A stretch of 64,000 nt of DNA from the human T2T-CHM13v2.0 reference genome, Homo sapiens. Position numbers and translations under genes: made by a program. Positions 53,831 through 64,000 of the stretch are shown here, in pieces. The stretch's first letter is position 1. Every line of letters begins with the position of its first letter. The notes below the pieces were generated by a model. The model saw only the letters and a list, made by a program, of their open reading frames with translations. It ran no database searches and had not been told where the DNA came from. The stretch lies in assembly GCF_009914755.1 (NCBI RefSeq), contig NC_060925.1. One strand, written 5' to 3'.

Positions 53831-56800
53831 AGAGTTCTCAGTAACTTCCTTGTGTTGTGTGTATTCAACTGACAGAGTTGAACTTTCATTTAGAGAGAGC
53901 AGATTTGAAACACTGTTTTTGTGGAATTTGCAAGTGGAGATTTCAAGCGCTTTGGGGCCAAAGGCAGAAAAGGAAATATCTTCGTATAAAAACTAGACAG
54001 AATCATTCTCAGAAACTGCTGCGTGATGTGTGCGTTCAACTCTCAGAGTTTAACTTTTCTTTTCATTCAGCGGTTTGGAAACACTCTGTTTGTAAAGTCT
54101 GCACGTGGAAATTTTGACCACTTAGAGGCCTTCGTTGGAAACGGGATTTTTTCATGTAAGGCTAGACAGAAGAATTCCCAGTAACTTCCTTGTGTTGTGT
54201 GCATTCAACTCACAGAGTTGAACGTTCCCTTAGACAGAGCAGATTTGAAACACTCTATTTGTGCAATTTGCAAGTGTAGATTTCCAGCTCTTTATGGTCA
54301 ACGGCAGAAAAGGAAATATCTTCGTTTCAAAACTAGACAGAATCATTCTCACAAACTGCGTTGTGATGTGTTCGTTCAACTCACAGAGATTAACCTTTCT
54401 GTTCATAGAGCAGTTAGGAAACACTCTGTTTGTAAAGTCTGTAAGTGGATATTCTGACATCTTGTGGCCTTCGTTGGAAACGGGATTTCTTCATATTCTG
54501 CTAGACAGAAGAATTCTCAGTAACTTCCTTGTGTTGTGTGTATTCAACTCACAGAGTTGAACGATCCTTTACACAGAGCAGACTTGAAACACTCTTTTTG
54601 TGGAATTTGCAAGTGGAGATTTCAGCCGCTTTGAGGTCAATGGTAGAAAAGGAAACTATCTTCATATAAAGACTAGACAGAATGATTCTCAGAAAATCTT
54701 TTGTGATGTGTGCGTTCAACTCAAAGAGTTTAACTTTTCTTCTCATAGAGCAGTTAGGAAACACTCTGTTTGTAAAGTCTGCAAGTGGATATTCAGACCT
54801 CTTTGAGGCCTTCGTTGGAAAAGGGATTTCTTCATATTATGCTAGACAGAATAATTCTCAGTAACTTCCTTGTGTTGTGTGTATTCAACTCACAGAGTTG
54901 AAGGATCCTTTACAGAGAGCAGGCTTGAAACACTCTTTTTGTCGAATTTGCAAGTGGAGATTTCAGCCGCTTTGAGGTCAATGGTAGAATAGGAAATATC
55001 TTCTTATAGAAACTAGACAGAATGATTCTCATAAACTCCTTTGTGATGTGTGCGTTCAACTCACAGAGTTTAACCTTTCTGTTCATAGAGCAGTTAGGAA
55101 ACACTCTGTTTGTAAAGTCTGCAAGTGGATATTCAGACCTCCTTGAGGCCTTCGTTGGAAACGGGATTTCTTCATATTCTGCTAGACAGAAGAATTCTCA
55201 GTAACTTCCTTGTGTTGTGTTTATTCAACTCACAGAGTTGAATGATCCTTTACACAGAGCAGACTTGAAACACTCTTTTTGTGGAATTTGCAAGTGGAGA
55301 TTTCAGCCGCTTTGAGGTCAATGGTAGAAAAGGAAATATCTTCGTATAAAGACTAGACAGAATGATTCTCAGAAACTCCTTTGTGATGTGTCCGTTCAAC
55401 TCACAGAGTTTAACTTTTCTTTTCATAGAGCAGTTAGGAAACACTCTGTTTGTAAAGTCTGCAAGTGGATATTCAGACCTCTTTGAGGCCTTCGTTGGAA
55501 ACGGGATTTCTTCATATTATGCTAGACAGAAGAATTCTCAGTAACTTCCTTGTGTTGTGTGTATTCAACTGACAGAGTTGAACTTTCATTTAGAGAGAGC
55601 AGATTTGAAACACTGTTTTTGTGGAATTTGCAAGTGGAGATTTCAAGCGCTTTGGGGCCAAAGGCAGAAAAGGAAATATCTTCGTATAAAAACTAGACAG
55701 AATCATTCTCAGAAACTGCTGCGTGATGTGTGCGTTCAACTCTCAGAGTTTAACTTTTCTTTTCATTCAGCGGTTTGGAAACACTCTGTTTGTAAAGTCT
55801 GCACGTGGAAATTTTGACCACTTAGAGGCCTTCGTTGGAAACGGGTTTTTTTCATGTAAGGCTAGACAGAAGAATTCCCAGTAACTTCCTTGTGTTGTGT
55901 GCATTCAACTCACAGAGTGGAACGTTCCCTTAGACAGAGCAGATTTGAAACACTCTATTTGTGCAATTTGCAAGTGTAGATTTCAAGCGCTTTAAGGTCA
56001 ACGGCAGAAAAGGAAATATCTTCTTTTCAAAACTAGACAGAATCATTCCCACAAACTGCGTTGTGATGTGTTCGTTCAACTCACAGAGTTTAACCTTTCT
56101 GTTCATAGAGCAGTTAGGAAACACTCTGTTTGTAAAGTCTGTAAGTGGATATTCTGACATCTTGTGGCCTTCGTTGGAAACGGGATTTCTTCATATTCTG
56201 CTAGACAGAAGAATTCTCAGTAACTTCCTTGTGTTGTGTGTATTCAACTCACAGAGTTGAACGATCCTTTACACAGAGCAGACTTGAAACACTCTTTTTG
56301 TGGAATTTGCAAGTGGAGATTTCAGCCGCTTTGAGGTCAATGGTAGAAAAGGAAACTATCTTCATATAAAGACTAGACAGAATGATTCTCAGAAAATCTT
56401 TTGTGATGTGTGCGTTCAACTCACAGAGTTTAACTTTTCTTCTCATAGAGCAGTTAGGAAACACTCTGTTTGTAAAGTCTGCAAGTGGATATTCAGACCT
56501 CTTTGAGGCCTTCGTTGGAAACGGGATTTTTTCATATTATGCTAGACAGAATAATTCTCAGTAACTTCCTTGTGTTGTGTGTATTCAACTCACAGAGTTG
56601 AAGGATCCTTTACAGAGAGCAGGCTTGAAACACTCTTTTTGTCGAATTTGCAAGTGGAGATTTCAGCCGCTTTGAGGTCAATGGTAGAATAGGAAATATC
56701 TTCTTATAGAAACTAGACAGAATGATTCTCATGAACTCCTTTGTGATGTGTGCGTTCAACTCACAGAGTTTAACCTTTCTTTTCATAGAGCAGTTAGGAA

Positions 56801-58519
56801 ACACTCTGTTTGTAAAGTCTGCAAGTGGATATTCAGACCTCCTTGAGGCCTTCGTTGGAAACGGGATTTCTTCATATTCTGCTAGACAGAAGAATTCTCA
56901 GTAACTTCCTTGTGTTGTGTTTATTCAACTCACAGAGTTGAATGATCCTTTACACAGAGCAGACTTGAAACACTCTTTTTGTGGAAATTGCAAGTGGAGA
57001 TTTCAGCCGCTTTGAGGTCAATGGTAGAAAAGTAAATATCTTCGTATAAAGACTAGACAGAATGATTCTCAGAAACTCCTTTGTGATGTGTGCGTTCAAC
57101 TCACAGAGTTTAACCTTTCTGTTCATAGAGCAGTTAGGAAACACTCTGTTTGTAAAGTCTGCAAGCGGATATTCAGACCTCCTTGAGGCCTTCGTTGGAA
57201 ACTGGATTTCTTCATATTCTGCTAGACAGAAGAATTCTCAGTAACTTCCTTGTGTTGTGTGTATTCAACTCACAGAGTTGAACGATCCTTTACACAGAGC
57301 AGACTTGAAACACTCTTTTTGTGGAATTTGCAAGTGGAGATTTCAGCCGCTTTGAGGTCAATAGTAGAAAAGGAAATATCTTCGTAGAAAAACTAGACAG
57401 AATGATTCTCAGAAACTCCTTTGTGATGTGTGTGTTCAACTCACAGAGTTTAACCTTTCTTTTCATAGAGCAGTTATTAAACACTCTGTTTATAAAGTCT
57501 GCAAGTGGATATTCAGACCCCTTTGAGGCCTTCGTTGGAAACGGGATTTCTTCATATTATGCTAGACAGAAGAATTCTCAGTAACTTCCTTGTGTTGTGT
57601 GTATTCAACTGACAGAGTTGAACTTTCACTTAGAGAGAGCAGATTTGAAACACTGTTTTTGTGGAATTTGCAAGTGGAGATTTCAAGCGCTTTGGGGCCA
57701 AAGGCAGAAAAGGAAATATCTTCGTATAAAAACTAGACAGAATCATTCTCAGAAACTGCTGCGTGATGTGTGCGTTCAACTCTCAGAGTTTAACTTTTCT
57801 TTTCATTCAGCGGTTTGGAAACACTCTGTTTGTAAAGTCTGCACGTGGATATTTTGACCACTTAGAGGCCTTCGTTGGAAACGGGTTTTTTTCATGTAAG
57901 GCTAGACAGAAGAATTCCCAGTAACTTCCTTGTGTTGTGCGCATTCAACTCACAGAGTTGAACGTTCCCTTCGACAGAGCAGATTTGAAAGAGCCTATTT
58001 GTGCAATTTGCAAGTGTAGATTTCAAGCGCTTTAAGGTCAACGGCAGAAAAAGAAATATCTTCCTTTCAAAACTAGACAGAATCATTCCCACAAACTGCG
58101 TTGTGATGTGTTCGTTCAACTCACAGAGTTTAACCTTTCTGTTCATAGAGGAGTTAGGAAACACTCTGTTTGTAAAGTCTGTAAGTGGATATTCTGACAT
58201 CTTGTGGCCTTCGTTGGAAACGGGATTTCTTTATATTCTGCTAGACAGAAGAATTCTCAGTAACTTCCTTGTGTTGTGTGTATTCAACTCACAGAGTTGA
58301 ACGATCCTTTACACAGAGCAGACTTGAAACACTCTTTTTGTGGAATTTGCAAGTGGAGATTTCAGCCGCTTTGAGGTCAATGGTAGAAAAGGAAACTATC
58401 TTCATATAAAGACTAGACAGAATGATTCTCAGAAAATCTTTTGTGATGTGTGCGTTCAACTCACAGAGTTTAACTTTTCTTCTCATAGAGCAGTTAGGAA
58501 ACACTCTGTTTGTAAAGTG

Positions 58520-61500
58520 TGCAAGTGGATATTCAGACCCCTTTGAGGCCTTCGTTGGAAACGGGATTTCTTCATATTATGCTAGACAGAATAATTCTCA
58601 GTAACTTCCTTGTGTTGTGTGTATTCAACTCACAGAGTTGAAGGATCCTTTACAGAGAGCAGGCTTGAAACACTCTTTTTGTCGAATTTGCAAGTGGAGA
58701 TTTCAGCCGCTTTGAGGTCAATGGTAGAATAGGAAATATCTTCTTATAGAAACTAGACAGAATGATTCTCATAAACTCCTTTGTGATGTGTGCGTTCAAC
58801 TCACAGAGTTTAACCTTTCTTTTCATAGAGCAGTTAGGAAACACTCTGTTTGTAAAGTCTGCAAGTGGATATTCAGACCTCCTTGAGGCCTTCGTTGGAA
58901 ACGGGATTTCTTCATATTCTGCTAGACAGAAGAATTCTCAGTAACTTCCTTGTGTTGTGTTTATTCAACTCACAGAGTTGAATGATCCTTTACACAGAGC
59001 AGACTTGAAACACTCTTTTTGTGGAATTTGCAAGTGGAGATTTCAGCCGCTTTGAGGTCAATGGTAGAAAAGTAAATATCTTCGTATAAAGACTAGACAG
59101 AATGATTCTCAGAAACTCCTTAGTGATGTGTGCGTTCAACTCACAGAGTTTAACCTTTCTGTTCATAGAGCAGTTAGGAAACACTCTGTTTGTAAAGTCT
59201 GCAAGTGGATATTCAGACCCCTTTGAGGCCTTCGTTGGAAACGGGATTTCTTCATATTATGCTAGACAGAAGAATTCTCAGTAACTTCCTTGTGTTGTGT
59301 GTATTCAACTGACAGAGTTGAACTTTCATTTAGAGAGAGCAGATTTGAAACACTGTTTTTGTGGAATTTGCAAGTGGAGATTTCAAGCGCTTTGGGGCCA
59401 AAGGCAGAAAAGGAAATATCTTCGTATAAAAACTAGACAGAATCATTCTCAGAAACTGCTGCGTGATGTGTGCGTTCAACTCTCAGAGTTTAACTTTTCT
59501 TTTCATTCAGCGGTTTGGAAACACTCTGTTTGTAAAGTCTGCACGTGGATATTTTGACCACTTAGAGGCCTTCGTTGGAAACGGGTTTTTTTCATGTAAG
59601 GCTAGACAGAAGAATTCCCAGTAACTTCCTTGTGTTGTGCGCATTCAACTCACAGAGTTGAACGTTCCCTTCGACAGAGCAGATTTGAAACAGCCTATGT
59701 GTGCAATTTGCAAGTGTACATTTCAAGCGCTTTAAGGTCAACGGCAGAAAAGGAAATATCTTCCTTTCAAAACTAGACAGAATCATTCCCACAAACTGCG
59801 TTGTGATGTGTTCGTTCAACTCACAGAGTTTAACCTTTCTGTTCATAGAGCAGTTAGGAAACACTCTGTTTGTAAAGTCTGCAAGTGGATATTCAGACCT
59901 CCTTGAGGCCTTCGTTGGAAACGGGATTTCTTCATATTCTGCTAGACAGAAGAATTCTCAGTAACTTCCTTGTGTTGTGTTTATTCAACTCACAGAGTTG
60001 AATGATCCTTTACACAGAGCAGACTTGAAACACTCTTTTTGTGGAATTTGCAAGTGGAGATTTCAGCCGCTTTGAAGTCAATGGTAGAAAAGCAAATATC
60101 TTCGTATAAAGACTAGACAGAATGATTCTCAGAAACTCCTTTGTGATGTGTGCGTTCAACTCACAGAGTTTAACTTTTCTTTTCATAGAGCAGTTAGGAA
60201 ACACTCTGTTTGTAAAGTCTGCAAGTGGATATTCAGACCTCTTTGAGGCCTTCGTTGGAAACGGGATTTCTTCATATTCTGCTAGACAGAAGAATTCTCA
60301 GTAACTTCCTTGTGTTGTGTGTATTCAACTCACAGAGTTGAACGATCCTTTACACAGAGCAGACTTGAAACACTCTTTTTGTGGAATTTGCAAGTGGAGA
60401 TTTCAGCCGCTTTGAGGTCAATGGTAGAAAAGGAAACTATCTTCATATAGAGACTAGACAGAATGATTCTCAGAAAATCTTTTGTGATGTGTGCGTTCAA
60501 CTCACAGAGTTTAACTTTTCTTCTCATAGAGCAGTTAGGAAACACTCTGTTTGTAAAGTCTGCAAGTGGATATTCAGACCTCTTTGAGGCCTTCGTTGGA
60601 AACGGGATTTCTTCATGTTATGCTAGACAGAATAATTCTCAGTAACTTCCTTGTGTTGTGTGTATTCAACTCACCGAGTTGAAGAATCCTTTACAGAGAG
60701 CAGGCTTGAAACACTCTTTTTGTCGAATTTGCAAGTGGAGATTTCAGCCGCTTTGAGGTCAATGGTAGAATAGGAAATATCTTCTTATAGAAACTAGACA
60801 GAATGATTCTCATAAACTCCTTTGTGATGTGTGCGTTCAACTCACAGAGTTTAACCTTTCTCTTCATAGAGCAGTAAGGAAACACTCTGTTTGTAAAGTC
60901 TGCAAGTGGATATTCAGACCTCCTTGAGGCCTTCGTTGGAAACGGGATTTCTTCATATTCTGCTAGACAGAATAATTCTCAGCAACTTCCTTGTGTTGTG
61001 TGTATTCAACTCACAGAGTTGAACAATCCTTTACACAGAGCAGACTTGAAACACTCTTTTTGTGGAATTTGCAAGTGGAGATTTCAGCCGCTTTGAGGTC
61101 AATGGTAGAAAAGGAAATATCTTCGTATAAAGACTAGACAGAATGATTCTCATAAACTCCTTTGTGATGTGTGCGTTCAACTCACAGAGTTTAACTTTTC
61201 TTTTCATAGAGCAGTTAGGAAACACTCTGTTTGTAAAGTCTGCAAGTGGATATTCAGACCTCTTTGAGGCCTTCGTTGGAAACGGGATTTCTTCCTATTC
61301 TGCTAGACAGAAGAATTCTCAGTAACTTCCTTGTGTTGTGTGTATTCAACTCACAGAGTTGAACGATCCTTTACACAGAGCAGACTTGAAACATTCTTTT
61401 TGTGGAATTTGCAAGTGGAGATTTCAGCCGCTTTGAGGTCAATGGTAGAATAGGAAATATCTTCCTATAGAAACTAGACAGAACGATTCTCAGAAACTCC

Positions 61501-64000
61501 TTTGTGATGTGTGCGTTCAACTCACAGAGTTTAACCTTTCTTTTCATAGAGCAGTTAGGAAACACTCTGTTTGTAAAGTCTGCAAGTGGATATTCAGACC
61601 TCTTTGAGGCCTTCGTTGGAAACGGGATTTCTTCCTATTCTGCTAGACAGAAGAATTCTCAGTAACTTCCTTGTGTTGTGTGTATTCAACTCACAGAGTT
61701 GGACGATCCTTTACACAGAGCAGACTTGAAACACTCTTTTTGTGGAATTTGCAAGTGGAGATTTCAGCCGCTTTGAGGTCAATAGTAGAAAAGGAAATAT
61801 CTTCGTAGAAAAACTAGACAGAATGATTCTCAGAAACTCCTTTGTGATGTGTGTGTTCAACTCACAGAGTTTAACTTTTCTTCTCATAGAGCAGTTAGTA
61901 AACACTCTGTTTATAAAGTCTGCAAGTGGATATTCAGACCCCTTTGAGGCCTTCGTTGGAAACGGGATTTCTTCATATTATGCTAGACAGAATAATTCTC
62001 AGTAACTTCCTTGTGTTGTGTGTATTCAACTCACAGAGTTGAAGGATCCTTTACAGAGAGCAGGCTTGAAACACTCTTTTTGTCGAATTTGCAAGTGGAG
62101 ATTTCAGCCGCTTTGAGGTCAATGGTAGAATAGGAAATATCTTCTTATAGAAACTAGACAGAATGATTCTCATAAACTCCTTTGTGATGTGTGCGTTCAA
62201 CTCACAGAGTTTAACCTTTCTTTTCATAGAGCAGTTAGGAAACACTCTGTTTGTAAAGTCTGCAAGTGGATATTCAGACCTCCTTGAGGCCTTCGTTGGA
62301 AACGGGATTTCTTCATATTCTGCTAGACAGAAGAATTCTCAGTAACTTCCTTGTGTTGTGTTTATTCAACTCACAGAGTTGAATGATCCTTTACACAGAG
62401 CAGACTTGAAACACTCTTTTTGTGGAATTTGCAAGTGGAGATTTCAGCCGCTTTGAGGTCAATGGTAGAAAAGTAAATATCTTCGTAGAAAGACTAGACA
62501 GAATGATTCTCAGAAACTCCTTAGTGATGTGTGCGTTCAACTCACAGAGTTTAACCTTTCTGTTCATAGAGCAGTTAGGAAACACTCTGTTTGTAAAGTC
62601 TGCAAGTGGATATTCAGACCCCTTTGAGGCCTTCGTTGGAAACGGGATTTCTTCATATTATGCTAGACAGAAGAATTCTCAGTAACTTCCTTGTGTTGTG
62701 TGTATTCAACTGACAGAGTTGAACTTTCATTTAGAGAGAGCAGATTTGAAACACTGTTTTTGTGGAATTTGCAAGTGGAGATTTCAAGCGCTTTGGGGCC
62801 AAAGGCAGAAAAGGAAATATCTTCGTATAAAAACTAGACAGAATCATTCTCAGAAACTGCTGCGTGATGTGTGCGTTCAACTCTCAGAGTTTAACTTTTC
62901 TTTTCATTCAGCGGTTTGGAAACACTCTGTTTGTAAAGTCTGCACGTGGATATTTTGACCACTTAGAGGCCTTCGTTGGAAAAGGGTTTTTTTCATGTAA
63001 GGCTAGACAGAAGAATTCCCAGTAACTTCCTTGTGTTGTGCGCATTCAACTCACAGAGTTGAACGTTCCCTTAGACAGAGCAGATTTGAAACAGCCTATT
63101 TGTGCAATTTGCAAGTGTACATTTCAAGCGCTTTAAGGTCAACGGCAGAAAAGGAAATATCTTCCTTTCAAAACTAGACAGAATCATTCCCACAAACTGC
63201 GTTGTGATGTGTTCGTTCAACTCACAGAGTTTAACCTTTCTGTTCATAGAGCAGTTAGGAAACACTCTGTTTGTAAAGTCTGCAAGTGGATATTCAGATC
63301 TCCTTGAGGCCTTCGTTGGAAACGGGATTTCTTCATATTCTGCTAGACAGAAGAATTCTCAGTAACTTCCTTGTGTTGTGTTTATTCAACTCACAGAGTT
63401 GAATGATCCTTTACACAGAGCAGACTTGAAACACTCTTTTTGTGGAATTTGCAAGTGGAGATTTCAGCCGCTTTGAAGTCAATGGTAGAAAAGTAAATAT
63501 CTTCGTATAAAGACTAGACAGAATGATTCTCAGAAACTCCTTTGTGATGTGTGCGTTCAACTCACAGAGTTTAACCTTTCTTTTCATAGAGCAGTTAGGA
63601 AACACTCTGTTTGTAAAGTCTGCAAGTGGATATTCAGACCTCTTTGAGGCCTTCGTTGGAAACGGGATTTCTTCATATTCTGCTAGACAGAAGAATTCTC
63701 AGTAACTTCCTTGTGTTGTGTGTATTCAACTCACAGAGTTGAACGATCCTTTACACAGAGCAGACTTGAAACACTCTTTTTGTGGAATTTGCAAGTGGAG
63801 ATTTCAGCCGCTTTGAGGTCAATGGTAGAAAAGGAAACTATCTTCATATAGAGACTAGACAGAATGATTCTCAGAAAATCTTTTGTGATGTGTGCGTTCA
63901 ACTCACAGAGTTTAACTTTTCTTCTCATAGAGCAGTTAGGAAACACTCTGTTTGTAAAGTCTGCAAGTGGATATTCAGACCTCTTTGAGGCCTTCGTTGG
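58520..64000 (+). repeat. 3,401-bp (20-monomer) period repeat; second copy truncated by the window end
   Basis: ORF offsets of 3401 (58650/62051, 59297/62698, 60330/63731). Shared rare variants: AAGTGTACATTTC ~59718/63119, TTTGAAGTCA ~60076/63477, CATATAGAGAC ~60450/63851. Confidence 0.85.

Larger units (their letters stand above)
1..64000 (+). repeat. Centromeric alpha-satellite higher-order-repeat array, SF1 dimeric type (D1Z7/D5Z2/D19Z3-like), uninterrupted, single orientation
   Basis: Seen: continuous ~170-bp monomers alternating between two types with a 340-bp period (ORF track repeats at 188, 528, 868...), alphoid motifs TTCTCAGAAACT, TTCAACTCACAGAGTT, GAAACACTCT, and CENP-B boxes. The family assignment rests on recalled similarity to the chr1/5/19 340-bp dimer and is less certain than the alpha-satellite call. 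Confidence 0.98.

Noticed and set aside
188-63988. Several hundred 60-102 aa ORFs on both strands
   Set aside because: They recur with the 340-bp satellite period, overlap on opposite strands, mostly rely on alternative start codons, are freely broken by SNVs and indels, and resemble no protein family I recognise. They are useful only as variant barcodes.
1-64000. CRISPR-like or other prokaryotic repeat-spacer system
   Set aside because: No unique spacers: the sequence between conserved motifs is itself repeated. There are no cas or other genes, and alpha-satellite explains everything.
1-64000. Transposon insertion (L1/Alu), inversion or non-satellite island
   Set aside because: The 340-bp register and the + strand CENP-B box continue throughout. 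I saw no poly-A tail, target-site duplication or reverse-complement box (TCCCGTTTCCAACGAAG).
1-64000. Assignment to a specific chromosome or to the CENP-A/kinetochore domain
   Set aside because: This HOR family is shared by chromosomes 1, 5 and 19, and the kinetochore site is epigenetically defined. Both need mapping and chromatin data.

Overview
The whole 64 kb window is one uninterrupted, single-orientation array of primate (very likely human) centromeric alpha-satellite. It is built from ~340-bp dimers (two ~170-bp monomers, ~188 dimers), with a CENP-B box in every second monomer. The dimer matches, from recall, the suprachromosomal-family-1 sequence shared by the active arrays of chromosomes 1, 5 and 19 (D1Z7/D5Z2/D19Z3); the chromosome cannot be fixed from the sequence alone. 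There are no genes, RNA genes, transposon insertions, inversions or CRISPR arrays, and all ORFs are repeat-derived. I found no new biological system. The information lies in the higher-order structure. A divergent two-dimer core (my labels D-E) occurs 31 times, separated by variable numbers of near-identical dimers (A, B, C, F, G, H), giving 6- to 20-monomer units (12-mer/2040 bp commonest). On top of this sit nested recent duplications: a 6,120-bp tandem pair, a ~9.2-kb pair offset by 11,214 bp within a three-copy ~10-kb macro-repeat, a local 14-mer expansion, and a 3,401-bp repeat. All counts were made by eye from the sequence and the ORF track and should be verified by alignment.
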